A DNA stretch of 61,645 nt, counting the filler, from Hausera hauseri (Eukaryota): NCBI GenBank assembly GCA_046269625.1. It is 11 parts of 11 records of this genome, joined end to end, with 100 filler letters (N's around TTAATTAATTAA, not from the genome) between each part and the next. Parts side by side here need not be neighbours in the genome. Positions count along the whole stretch, not along the records: positions 9,963 to 14,966 come from JBJURY010363817.1; positions 15,067 to 22,269 come from JBJURY010031114.1; positions 22,370 to 32,002 come from JBJURY010324383.1; 8 more parts are not named here. The stretch is one strand, 5' to 3'. Positions 12,901 through 23,578 of this stretch are shown here, in pieces; within the stretch, counting starts at the first letter, position 1; every line of letters starts with the position of its first letter. The notes under the pieces are model-generated. The model did not search any database. It had not been told where the DNA came from and saw nothing but the letters and a program-made list of their open reading frames with translations. The translations under genes and the position numbers were made by a program.

Positions 12901-13277
12901 TTAGTGATCTGAATTTTCTTTAAGACTCCATACTGTCTTGTTCCTTCATAAGGATCTTCATAGCTGAAGGGTTTCTGACAAAATGCTGATCTGTATGACA
13001 TCATAGATGCTTTGTCACGATCCTCGTATATCGGAGCTGTTGGCAGCATGATACGTAAGAGTGCTCTAATCACTGAATACATTCTATGTCTATTTTGTCC
13101 AAGGACTGCTTCTTCTCCCTTAGGCTTATCATCACTGGAGTTAGTTCTTCGGGTCGTTGTTTTCTTGGCCTTGTGTATTAATCGAAATATGGGTCTTGCT
13201 CGCCGTTTATAGTTATAGTAGCCGACATGGCGTTCAACATCATCTTTCCATCGATTTTCTTCATAATCCTTAAGCAT
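9963..13277 (-). pseudogene. pol: Ty3/Gypsy pol (linker-PR-RT-RNaseH-integrase N-terminus), decayed
   Basis: PR ALIDTGSEKS; RT MPFGITTGPAIF..YLDDVMI; RNase H ..RLNRWIEEISQYNIEFQYKPG..TDALSR; integrase zinc finger HDSHLAGH..CEVC. Order PR-RT-RH-IN, with several stops and frameshifts. Confidence 0.95.
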
Positions 13278-14966
13278 TTTACGAAGGGTGTGATAATTGC
13301 GGTTAAGATCTTACAGGAAAATCCTTTTAGCGTAATTATTTTGTATCCATTTATAACTGTTTTGATCACCGCCTTTACTAATTGTACCATGAAATAGATT
13401 GCTAAGAATCCAGATGCAGCTTGTTTAAAAATTAAAAATCTTCCCCACATTTTGGATAGTATTTCTGTGGTTACTTGCTGGTAGTGGTTCGCACCAAGTA
13501 AGGATTCCCATTTAGCCTGGTAGCGGGTATCGTCTACTACTGATGCCATAGCTCGGTTTAATTCGTGTGTTCGCTGTCGTGAAAAAGCGAGAAATTGTCG
13601 AAAAGCTTCGATTTCTTTTGGTCTGTAAATGCCTTTTTGAGAACTTGTCGTCTGTAATTCCTTTTGCTAAATTAGTCCCAGTTAGTTTTTTAGGAATGGT
13701 AGTGATGCCTCCATTAGGTAGGCTACCCCAATCTATTTCGCTACGCCTAAACATCGGTTCACCAAACTTGCCATACAATCTTTTAGAATGGTTGGTTGTG
13801 TCGCATTATCGAGCAACAGTCTAGTGAGAGGCATAGCTAAGCGCGGATATTTTGATAGATCACAGGAAGTTCTTGTATGCATCGTTTTTCCTTAACATTA
13901 ATTGGTACGTCTCTTTTCTCGCATTCGTATGTCAGTAGAACTTCTCCAGTAACTTAACCAAAAATTCCTTCTTTAATGGGAATAACTGGTGAGGCTAATT
14001 CCGGGTTTGCATAAATAAGAGATAATTTTGTCCTAATAATTTCCGTATCTAATTTGCAATCGTTAGTTATCATTTTGTGGTATAGTTCTGCTATTCCAAC
14101 CTGTCCCTTATAATAGAAATAATCGTCTTTGTTTTTCAGATAATCCTCGATTCGAATGTCTTGTGTTTATAGGTTGTATGTTTTCGCGTTTATCTCCGTT
14201 TCTGCGGCGAAGAACGCTTCATAATTAGTGGTGAACATTACTACTTTGCAGAGTGAAATCGTTTCCTTTTTTATGAATTTCAATCCATGTTGATCAGAGA
14301 TTAATATTGTAGGTGTGTGATGCTCTGATACGTCTTTACGTGCTCTTGAACTGATGTCGGATTTATCTACGTATTGTTTCCCAGTAGTTTCGTTAAATTT
14401 CAATTTTTTGATCTTAATAAAATTACAGGCTTTTCCCGTGGGCGGTTCCCATATAACCAGAGAACTTCTGAAGGCACAAGTTCCGTCTTGTATGTGACAT
14501 TTTTTGATTCTCCGTATACTGCTTAGTAACACTACGGAATATTACTTTTTGGATTTGAATTTCCGATTCATAGAAGTCTACTACTACTACGTTTTCTTTC
14601 AATCCTTTTCCGGTATCGTATTATGTTTCACTACAGTGCCCGTTATGCATATCTAGCCTTCCGGCTACTATCTTATATGCTCCTATTATTTTTCCTAATT
14701 GCATTTCCAATTCCATGCTACCCCATTTCGGTCTTCCAGTTTCTCGGGCTTATTTACAATGTTGCCTTTCCAAATTCATGGGAATTGGAGGAGTTATTGG
14801 TTTAATTATTGAGGAGTGTCCGTGCATTAGTCCACAATGAAAAATGCTACGAGATTGTTTCAGCATACATTCCATACCATCCAGAGATATAAATGCTTGT
14901 TGTTGGTATAGGAAATAGTTCTTTTCTTTTGTTTCCAATTTGTATGGTCTGGTATCTTCAAATGCA
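13178..14966 (-). pseudogene. env: Chuvirus-type (class III, gB-like) envelope glycoprotein, decayed, 5' truncated by gap
   Basis: Motifs recalled from chuviral G: ECMLKQSRSIFHCGLMHGHSS; CHIQDGTC..VIWEPP..C; ISLCKVVMFTTNY; ELYHKMITNDCKLDTE..NPELA..GEVLLTYEC; C-terminal hydrophobic WGRFLIF..ASGFLAIYFMVQLVKAVIKTVINGY..GFSCKILTAI. Confidence 0.8.
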
Positions 14967-15066
14967 NNNNNNNNNNNNNNNNNNNNNNNNNNNNNNNNNN
15001 NNNNNNNNNNTTAATTAATTAANNNNNNNNNNNNNNNNNNNNNNNNNNNNNNNNNNNNNNNNNNNN

Positions 15067-17117
15067 GATCGTAGGAAAATTCTAAAGTACACAAAAAGGA
15101 CAACAATGGAAATTTAGTACCTATGAACTATGTTTCTATAGCCTCATGAAATATGCTCTAGAATTCAGAATCGCAGAACTTCCAACCAAACTCATGTTCA
15201 AAATGACCTGGCAAACAGAAGTAATGAAACCCCTACCACCATTACTATGCATACAAAAGCCTTCAGAGGATGAGATAGAACAGAATGGAGAATCTTACAG
15301 ATTGGTTCCAGACGGCCGAAATACTCGAATTTTAGCCGTAAGCTATGGAGAAAAGGATGATGGATGGCATATACCTATTGAATTCTCTATTCGGAGGATA
15401 AACGGAGAAGAACTTATAAACAAAGTAATCGCGCCTCGAGCTAGAGTAAAGGATACCTTTCCCGGCGTTACTGGAATTACGAAGGTACAGCTCGAAAAGA
15501 GAAAAGATTTCTTGGAACTCCAGGAAGACATAAGCCATTGTTTATATGGATACATTGTTACCAGATTTCGAGTGTACGAAGCGTTAAAACAGCTAGGAAT
15601 TAGACAGGAGTATATAGCCGGAATTCGTGAACTGAGTCGAAATATAGAGGTTGTAGGTCAAGCGCAAAATACTTTAATGAGGAAAAGAGGGTGTCTGCTT
15701 CCGTCAGCGTCGCGTGAACCACAATTTAAGATGAAGTTAGAGGCCATGAATAGCGAACGATTCAAATTTCCTAAACTGATGTCAGCAAGTCTAAGAACAA
15801 GGTTTATAAAAGATATCTATACCTCATTACGATGGGAACATGAGTGAAAACCCAGAAATCTCGTACAGAATTTGATATACGACAACAATCCGAAGGTCTT
15901 GATACAAAAATTCCGAAAAGAGTTTAGCGAGATCCAGTTTATAGGCAAATGGAACCCCAAGAATATAATCGATTTCGAGTAACTATACACAATAGTTTAG
16001 CAGAAACATCAAATAGTCGACAAAAACCGTCAACCAGTCGAGCTCAAGATGACATGGCAGCAAAACTTAATAATCCAGAAAAATGGAGAGGACAAAAGAC
16101 AAAAACCTCCTTTCTAGAATATATTAGCAAAAAAGAAGCAAAACCAGTAAGAGCCAAACGAAAGAAATCAAATCATCATCAAACAGCCCTACACAAAGTG
16201 AACGGATAAACGATCAAACCGAAATACCGATCAGACAAGGAACGAAAGAAAACAAAGAAGACCAATAAAAAGTACTAAACCCAAATCCCTCAAGACGGAT
16301 GCAAACGTCCTTCGGAAGAATTGGGAAGAAGATTTCCTAATTTTGGTCAGGTGAAAGAATACCACCGAATGGTTGTCATGGCCGAATATTATAGCAAGGG
16401 TAAGATTAAGGAAGCGATATTTTATGTATCAACCGTTCCTAGGAGAATAGTAAGTGGAAACGGATACGCCAGAGAAGATACCACTATTGGCAGATATCTA
16501 GCCCCAATATTCCAATCAAAGAATGGTACTAACCGATTGACAATCCCCGTGGATACCAAAGTTCTAATTCACCTAAAGAGGCAATACAAGAAAACTGGAA
16601 TACCTGATTTAGATAAGCAAGACGTAGGCGAGTGGACCTTAGTCACAGTGTCAGATGACACTAAAAAAAGTTCTATAGACCCTAAACAGAAACATTTATA
16701 TGGATACTTATATCAAGATAAAAAAGACTAGTATTCGAACGAATAGAAGTTGATGAAAACCTCGTAGACATAGATGGAGGAGAAAAGGAAGAGTGCCCTA
16801 TTTGCGACGCTAATCTCTACCAAGGATTCGTATTGTTGGACAATAAAGACTGTACTCACAAGTACTATAGATACTGTTTAGAAACATGGACCCTAAAAAA
16901 CGGGAAAACGACGTGTCCTGTATGTAGAGCCGAAGTTACCAGACTGAAATACTATGCCCATTAAGAAAATAAAAAGGTAGTAGAAATGCTGCCCCAAAAA
17001 CCCACTACATCCTACAACTTTGACTTACAATCTCCACGAGACGAATCGGATTCGGAAACGGACTCACGTGGACGAATGAACCGACTGCGCGGCACATCCG
17101 AGAGTGCCGTTCAGTGA
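15067..17117 (+). pseudogene. Long unknown LTR-element ORF with C-terminal C3HC4 RING finger (16794-16925) and acidic tail
   Basis: Same-strand fragments 15146-15847, 15949-16209 and 16321-16731. After a frameshift in an A-run it reads ECPICDANLYQGFVLLDNKDCTHKYYRYCLETWTLKNGKTTCPVCR, then an internal TAA, ..RDESDSETDS..; the last stop overlaps the PPT. Confidence 0.75.
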
Positions 17118-17124
17118 GGAGAAA

Positions 17125-17860
17125 TGTTATAAAAGTTCACTAAGTATGTACAAATGTAAATAACCGAAAATGAAAGTAGAATTTTAAGAAACAAAACCGA
17201 AACTGAAATTGTACATCGGTATTTAGAACCCGAAAAATTAATTAGCTAATTCGTTCGGCAGAAATCGATTTAAAACTTGTTGATAGTCGAAAACTGTGTA
17301 AAATAACCAGAGAAAATTGAAAATTACATATAGACGAATATTTAGTGGCCAGAATTGGCAGAAAAATTAGATGGAATTCATCAGAGTAAAACTAATTAGC
17401 CAAAGGCTATATAAACAGAGTAAGTCGACAGTATGAGGAAGAAGTGAAATTTTAGGGGATAAAATCGTGTCAGTTCCCGTATCGTCTGAAAAATTTGTTG
17501 TTCTGTATCAACTAAGACTTATTCATAACTCACAGTGATTCGATTGATATTGCCGATTATTGTATATTGGTATATTATTTTGATTTCAATAAATTGTGTA
17601 TTTTAAAATTCTTCTATAGTTTCCGTCGCTCCTTGCGACGGACTTGTACTACACTAAGGATTAAAATCATATTAAACTTTATAGTTAAATCGAAATTTTC
17701 TAAACTACTAAAGGCACAGCACGCAGTACACGCATCCTAAACTAGTGCAAACATTCTAACGAGAACGTTAGAACTTATCTGCTTATAAATATTGTTCTAA
17801 TTTGAGTTTCGATATTGTTATCGTTGGGTGTTGAATAGGACCCACCTTCAACTACTAACA
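17125..17860 (+). mobile_element. 3' LTR (736 bp) preceded by PPT GAGGAGAAA (17116-17124)
   Basis: Termini TGTTA...TAACA (perfect 5-bp inverted repeat), TATATAAA at ~17408, AATAAA at ~17589. The right end truncates the Polinton protease gene. Confidence 0.8.
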
Positions 17861-18150
17861 AAATTGATTGTATTCAACACGATATGATGATGATTGTCGT
17901 TCAATTTGTGAAACTAACGATGACGGGTAGTAAAATCCGAGCGGATCGAATATCCTGACGACGTTGGTCGGATGGTGGACGTACACAGCTATCTAATGTT
18001 CGCCCAGCAACGATGAAGTGTGTATTGACAATAAAGCCACCGCTGCCAGTTGGTTGTAAATCACGCGGCACACCATCCAGTGGAAACACGCCACGAAATT
18101 TCGCACCAATGAGCCGTTTTCCGTAGTGATTGAGCTCGGTGGAGCTAAAT
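17861..18150 (-). pseudogene. Polinton adenain-like cysteine protease, truncated by LTR insertion
   Basis: KFRGVFPLDGVP..FIVNTH / LGEH*IAVYV..IFDPLG..VEYNQ matches the adenain pattern F.GVFP.D..IVNT..GEHW.A..FD..G..YN. Confidence 0.85.
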
Positions 18151-18197
18151 GTGAATTAAGTATAATAGTAATAGTAGTAATAAATTACTTATAATAT

Positions 18198-18219
18198 GAA
18201 GAAGAAGAAGAAGAAGAAG
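18198..18219 (+). repeat. (GAA)n microsatellite
   Basis: Visible directly in the sequence. Confidence 0.9.
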
Positions 18220-18239
18220 TGAGACACAGCGGATTTTAT

Positions 18240-19464
18240 TTATACAATAATGGTTCCGTTTTTCGTTATTTCAACCTCGACATCAAATACACCGTAAATG
18301 TACATCATGGTAGACTGCTCCAACGTTTTAGCAAAATGAATCTCCAGTCGTAGGTTTCCCAGGTGAGGTAGTTGAGTCTGCTCAACATGATAATCCGGAG
18401 CCAGGACAAAAGTGAAAAATGAATAGGTGGACTTGAACAAATTCATTGATATGCCATTGTTGATGTTTTTCTTCAGCAAACTTATGTTGCGCACAATAGA
18501 TTACATATATATCATTAGACTCAAAGTCTTGTTTGTACGTCTCAACGAAATCCGCATTCCGGCCCAAACTGATATAATTTACATTGCTATGGGTAAACGT
18601 TTCCGAATCGGTGGTATAACTGCCCGTTTGATGAACTGTCCTTTGAAATGTAACGGGCACAAATTTCGGCAATCGCATGTCGCCAAACAGTGCAACTTTG
18701 TAAAACGTAGTTGAACCTTTCGGTATGGTGTAAAAGACGAGTTCTGTGCGTTGTATCGGGTAACAGACATTTTGCGTTTCCAAACCCAATCGATGTCCCA
18801 TGAGCACAGATTGTTCTAACTTTACTCGACATACGTATAATCGTGTCTAGGTAATTTTTAGTATGGGTTTGAGATATGCAACAGCGGTTTTCAAACAAAA
18901 GACATTGTCGCTTCGTTTTAGCCAAATCATGGCTTTAACACCGGGTAGTAGGTATATTGGCTGATTGAAAAAGTCAAAGTACAGCGGCCCACACATTGTA
19001 AGCGGTTTTGATTCTGCCACCCATTAATGACGGTTTGCGGCTGTAGCATCGTATCCGATGGTTTTTGCTAAATTAGTCGTTTTTGTGTCTGTGCTGTAAT
19101 TCAGAGCCGTTTCAATGAGTGCTTTGATACTGTATAGACTGGTTTTGCCTTCGATTTTGAGGCTGTTCAGATTCAGTGAAGCCTGCTGGAACAGTGTGAG
19201 GAAAAATTAATTGGCCGGTGTGACAGTATCTGTTACAGCGAGAACAGTTGACGCGTCCTTTTTAACAATGACTTTTACATAGAGTAGCGTAACGTTCAAA
19301 TCTAGGTATTCATTGTCCGAAGCCGTAATGTTGAATTAAATGTCAATGTTATTGTCCGTTGAAACCGAATCAATGGGGTAAATTTCTTCAAATGCCACAT
19401 TGTCAAGAACAATTTGTGACGCCTCTTTGTCAAATATGCACAATTCGGATTTTGCAGATGCCAT
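18240..19464 (-). pseudogene. Polinton major capsid protein (double jelly-roll, hexon-like)
   Basis: N-terminus MASAKSELCIFD..EIYPI..EYLDLNVTLLYVK..LFQQ..IETALNY; C-terminus GNLRLEIHFAKTLE..VEVEITKNG. About 408 codons with stops and frameshifts. Confidence 0.9.
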
Positions 19465-19467
19465 CAG

Positions 19468-19797
19468 TCAATTGAAAATCGTACGACGGCGTTTTCGTTT
19501 TCTCGTCATTAAGCCACTTCCAGCGAATTGGTTTTTGATTGATTCAAAGACTTCCGGTGCAGCGCTTTTTATTTCCGACAAGGCGTGTTTCTTCATTGAT
19601 GGTAAAATCGATTTATTTTCATATAGTATGTCCTGTGCTGTTTTTGCTGCCACGGCACAGATACGCTTCAACAGCGGAAATGCTAAACGTGCCAATGTAC
19701 GCAACCATCCAAAGCCGTACTGTTTACCGACGAAATACGGCAGTTCCCTGCCCTTATGCGGATTTCTGTAAATGGAAACGATTTTAGAATCAATCAT
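19468..19797 (-). CDS. Small Polinton virion protein (pVI/pX-like: protease site, amphipathic helix, basic NLS)
   Basis: LPYFVGKQYGFG followed by WLRTLARLAFPLLKR; FAGSG then RKRKRRR; lies between penton and MCP. Confidence 0.75.
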   Translation of the reverse strand: MIDSKIVSIYRNPHKGRELPYFVGKQYGFGWLRTLARLAFPLLKRICAVAAKTAQDILYENKSILPSMKKHALSEIKSAAPEVFESIKNQFAGSGLMTRKRKRRRTIFN

Positions 19798-20843
19798 ATT
19801 TTTGTTGTTGTATTCGATGGAAATGAATAGCTAGACTGGTTGCGGTACCGTAACGAAATTCAATAAGGTAATCCGCGTCATATCGGATATTCACTTCAAT
19901 ATTATTTATAGATGTAGATGTCACAGGTATGTATATTGGATTATCGAGCTTGACAGTGACATTGTCACCGGAAGTATACTTGCTGCTTTCCGGATAAATT
20001 GCTCGGAGTAGCGGTACACGTACTCCACCGATAAAAATCGGTTCGGTGACATTCACATAAATGTACATTTGACTTAGTCCCGTTTTCAGTTTGGGTTTGA
20101 GTGTTGCAACATTTGCCACCTCCGCCCCTGTCTTCGTATATGATGTCTGAAACTGCTGTTTTTCAAAACCCAATACCATGGCCAAAGCGTTGTCTAATGA
20201 AATGTCGACAATATCCTTTTTTAGTTCAAATTTAACGTACCCATTTGTATCTGACTGGAAAACTTTAAATATCACCTTGTACTTTTTATTAGAAAATTGT
20301 TGACCGAAATGTGCTACAGATTCGCAATAGACATTGTTGTATAGATAAATTTCACAGTTGTCTGATAATGTACGGGACTTAATCTTGAAGCAACAACATA
20401 TTCAATTTTAATATGTTGACCTTTGTACTTTGTATTTTTAAATCCAAATTTCTGCGCCATCTCAGAGGACTCAAAGGTAATAGTAAATTCAAAATCTGCC
20501 ATAAATGTAAGTATTCTCCTAAAATAAAAACACCGATCTTGCCGCATACACCGTAATTTGTACTGGTCGTGCAAATGGCCGATTCTCCAGCTATTATTTT
20601 ATTGTCAGTAAGTCTCAGAGGACAAAAATGTGTTTTTGTTTCAGTAACAGTCTTGTTGTACGTTATTTTCATACTACCTTTGAATGTTACCGGTGCGTAG
20701 GGAAAGTTAAATTCCGTCCGTGCAACTTCCCATTTTCCAGATAAATCCAAAGGATTGTTCCAATCTACAACGTATTCATTAGCGGAATTGTTCGGACGAG
20801 TCGTCGGACAACTGTTGCTCGATAACATCATGTAAATACTCAT
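19790..20843 (-). pseudogene. Polinton minor capsid protein (penton) paralogue 2
   Basis: N-terminus IYMMLSSNS..PNNSANEY..PLDLSGKWEV..EFNFP; C-terminus MYIYVNVTEPIFIGGVRVPLLR..PIYIPV..INNIEVNIR..LAIHFHR. Frameshifted. Confidence 0.9.
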
Positions 20844-20888
20844 GATCTCGATGATGGTGATGATGGTAATGATGACGCAGTTTGTTTA

Positions 20889-21945
20889 CTATCGACGTTG
20901 ACGACGTCGAAAATGTAACTTCAAATGTTTCGTTGACCCGAACAGAAATTTAATGGGTTACCAAAATTCATCAAACATATACACGGAAATATTGTGCACA
21001 ATATTGTGAGACAATGGTAAGTGCATGGTTCTGAACATAATAACGCGAACAGTTTCACTCGATGTTTTGTGTGTGTCAGAATCTAGTTGGATAGAAGCTA
21101 GCAGTTGTTTAAGTTTTCCATCAACAATACGGATTCGGTTAAGTCTGTTAAAATGTTGATTCTATGAAATGCTCCATAGATTTGTGGTTTATATTTGGCA
21201 ACAATAGATCATCCAACAATGCTTTGATAGAATTTGCGTTGTTAAAAACTCATATTCCGAGCCAATAATTCATCAAAGGCAAAATATGTAACATTGTCAT
21301 AGAGTGTAATCGAAATATGACCATCTGCGTTTATTTCACATGTCTTTACGGCTAATGAGGCCGTTTTCTTGACGCATTCACACAATTCCAGTTCCGTTTC
21401 CATTAGTAAATCGTGCGGTATAATACATGAGTGGAAGACCGATTTTGACTTAGTCCACTTTACTATAATATCAGATTCCGCATCGGATGAAAGGTCCAAT
21501 TTTTCACCAACTATAACATGTCCACCTAGCCGTAGATGTTTTGAGTGTACATTGACTGATTGAAAACCCATACCTGAGCATTAGCTATGGATTTAAACGG
21601 CATTTCCATGGGATTTCGATGCAATAGTTTCAAACAAAAATAAGCATAAACCGAAAAATTTTATTGCGAATAATTGCGAAGAACATATCGGTTATTGTGT
21701 CGGATTGCCCGCAAACCACTTAAAATAAGGTTCGTTTCTTGTCGGGTAAAGTAAATACCACTGTTCTGACGTATTGTCATTAGTGAAAATGTAAATATGA
21801 ATTCCGTCAAAGCCACTTTCCATGCTCTGTGGCGTAATTCAACCGGTTGGTTCAAGTGCACGGTAAATTGTTTAGCGGTATTGTCGTCATTGTCTTCATG
21901 TTGTGATAATGATCTGTTACTATTAAGTACCAAATAAATGCCCAT
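20889..21945 (-). pseudogene. Polinton minor capsid protein (penton) paralogue 1
   Basis: N-terminus IYLVLNSN..NTAKQFTVHLNQPVEL..WKVALTEF; C-terminus ..KQLLASI..VHNISVYMFDEF..PIKF..LKLHFRRR. Confidence 0.85.
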
Positions 21946-22269
21946 CACTTAATCTGCGATGCAAAAATCCAACTCGGTGTAGTGTATCCGTGCCACTTGA
22001 TGAGATATTGTTTATTCGAACCTTTGCCGCGTGAACGTAGAATTTCTTGAATACAATATACATCGGGTTTCTCGGGCAGTACCTGCAGTTCCTGTTCGTA
22101 GAATTTACCGCCCATTTCCTCGCCATTTTCATCCTCTAAAACGTACATGACAGGTGTTTGTTTTGTGTTGATTGCCGAAATGCGGAAAACATCGTCGCTC
22201 CAGTTCTGATTGAAATTCTTAATGAATGGCGTCGTACTTATTTTTGAAATACGTACATAATCACCGATT
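21945..22269 (-). pseudogene. Polinton integrase C-terminus with chromodomain (5' part lost in gap)
   Basis: YVLEDENGEEMGGKFYEQELQ..YCIQEILRSRG..QYLIKWHGY..SWI; closely similar to 39260-39585. Confidence 0.9.
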
Positions 22270-23049
22270 NNNNNNNNNNNNNNNNNNNNNNNNNNNNNNN
22301 NNNNNNNNNNNNNTTAATTAATTAANNNNNNNNNNNNNNNNNNNNNNNNNNNNNNNNNNNNNNNNNNNNGAGGAGTGAGCTTTTTAAATTGGCAGTGCAA
22401 AGATTTTGTCGTGTTAAAGACAATCTGAAGCAGTTTGAAGGAAACCAATTCATATCCCGTGCAAGTCCTCAGTTTAATCACTTTTATGGCCATTGTTTTG
22501 GCACTTTCTTAGAAATTATCAGCTTGTCTGAATCTCTGTAACATTATCCACTAAAACCCATCAGTGCTGTCAGAGCAGCACAGCAACATGGGCTGGCTGA
22601 ACAAGTAAGCAAATCACCTCAATTCAAAACCTCTTCAATCTCTGACCTTTTTTCATCTTTCAGTGGAGCTTAGTCAGGGATCAGAGTTCAGCGGGCGGTC
22701 CTGACCTGCCGGCTGCAGGAATAATCCATCAAAGTGCTTCTATTTTCTTTATGGAGTAGTTAATTTAAAATGTTAGATTATGAACCTAAATTCTGGGGGG
22801 TAATAACTATCTGTTCTGATTTACCCATGCTTGTGGTCGGTACCAACAGCTTAAAACAAAAATGTGGTTCTTGTTTGCACTACAAACACTCTCAAAACGT
22901 CATACTTCACAGACAATCCCTAACAAATACGTTGTTTCTAGGGAACTATATTTTAATGCTACCCTATTTTATATTTAACAAACACTAATGATCCCCCCCC
23001 CTCTAAAAAAAAAAACCTGTCTACGCTGCTGCATGTTGATATAAATATA

Positions 23050-23078
23050 CTAGCTTGCTTTACCCGGCATTGCCCGGG
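23050..23078 (-). mobile_element. Helitron-like 3' terminus
   Basis: Minus strand reads CCCGGGCAATGCCGGG (GC hairpin), 9 nt, then CTAG followed by T. Confidence 0.6.
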
Positions 23079-23138
23079 TGAAGGGAAAATGTCATTACAT
23101 GCTATAATGCCGTATGAATAGTTACCGAAAAATGATTA

Positions 23139-23292
23139 GAAGCTTCGTTTACATTTAGCCGCTAGAGACGGCCCCGCAGCTGGTTTCCATGGTGATAAGC
23201 CAACTCGACCAATGAGCTGGGCAAAGCGAGTCGCGCGTCTAGCGAATGTACGGTGAATTCGCGGAAAAAGCGGCTAAGCGTAAATGAAGCTT
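23139..23292. mobile_element. Small MITE (possibly Harbinger-like)
   Basis: ~24-bp imperfect terminal inverted repeats AAGCTTCGTTTACATTTAGCCGCT / AGCGGCTAAGCGTAAATGAAGCTT. Confidence 0.5.
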
Positions 23293-23578
23293 TAAAGTCT
23301 ATATGCTAACTCCTGGGTACCAACTCCGGTGAAAGCTCCCATATAAATAAAACCATCATTATTCTTAGCACAAAAATTAAAGCTTTATTTATTTCTCCAG
23401 TACCTAAGCAATATCTATTTCGAATTCATTTCCTACTCCTGCGTTTCGACATATTTTGATTACAACTTCACCGCGTAACGAATTAAAAAAAAAAAAAAAA
23501 CGAGATCGGATTCCCGATTGATGACGTCACTCGTCCATTTGGGAAGAAAGAAAACAACGCGTAGCCGAAGATTAATTT

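Noticed and set aside
9963-22269. A single hybrid element joining Env-Pol, the RING ORF and the Polinton capsid cluster
   Set aside because: A linker gap and a strand switch separate the first two, and a clean LTR end truncating adenain explains the third junction as an insertion.
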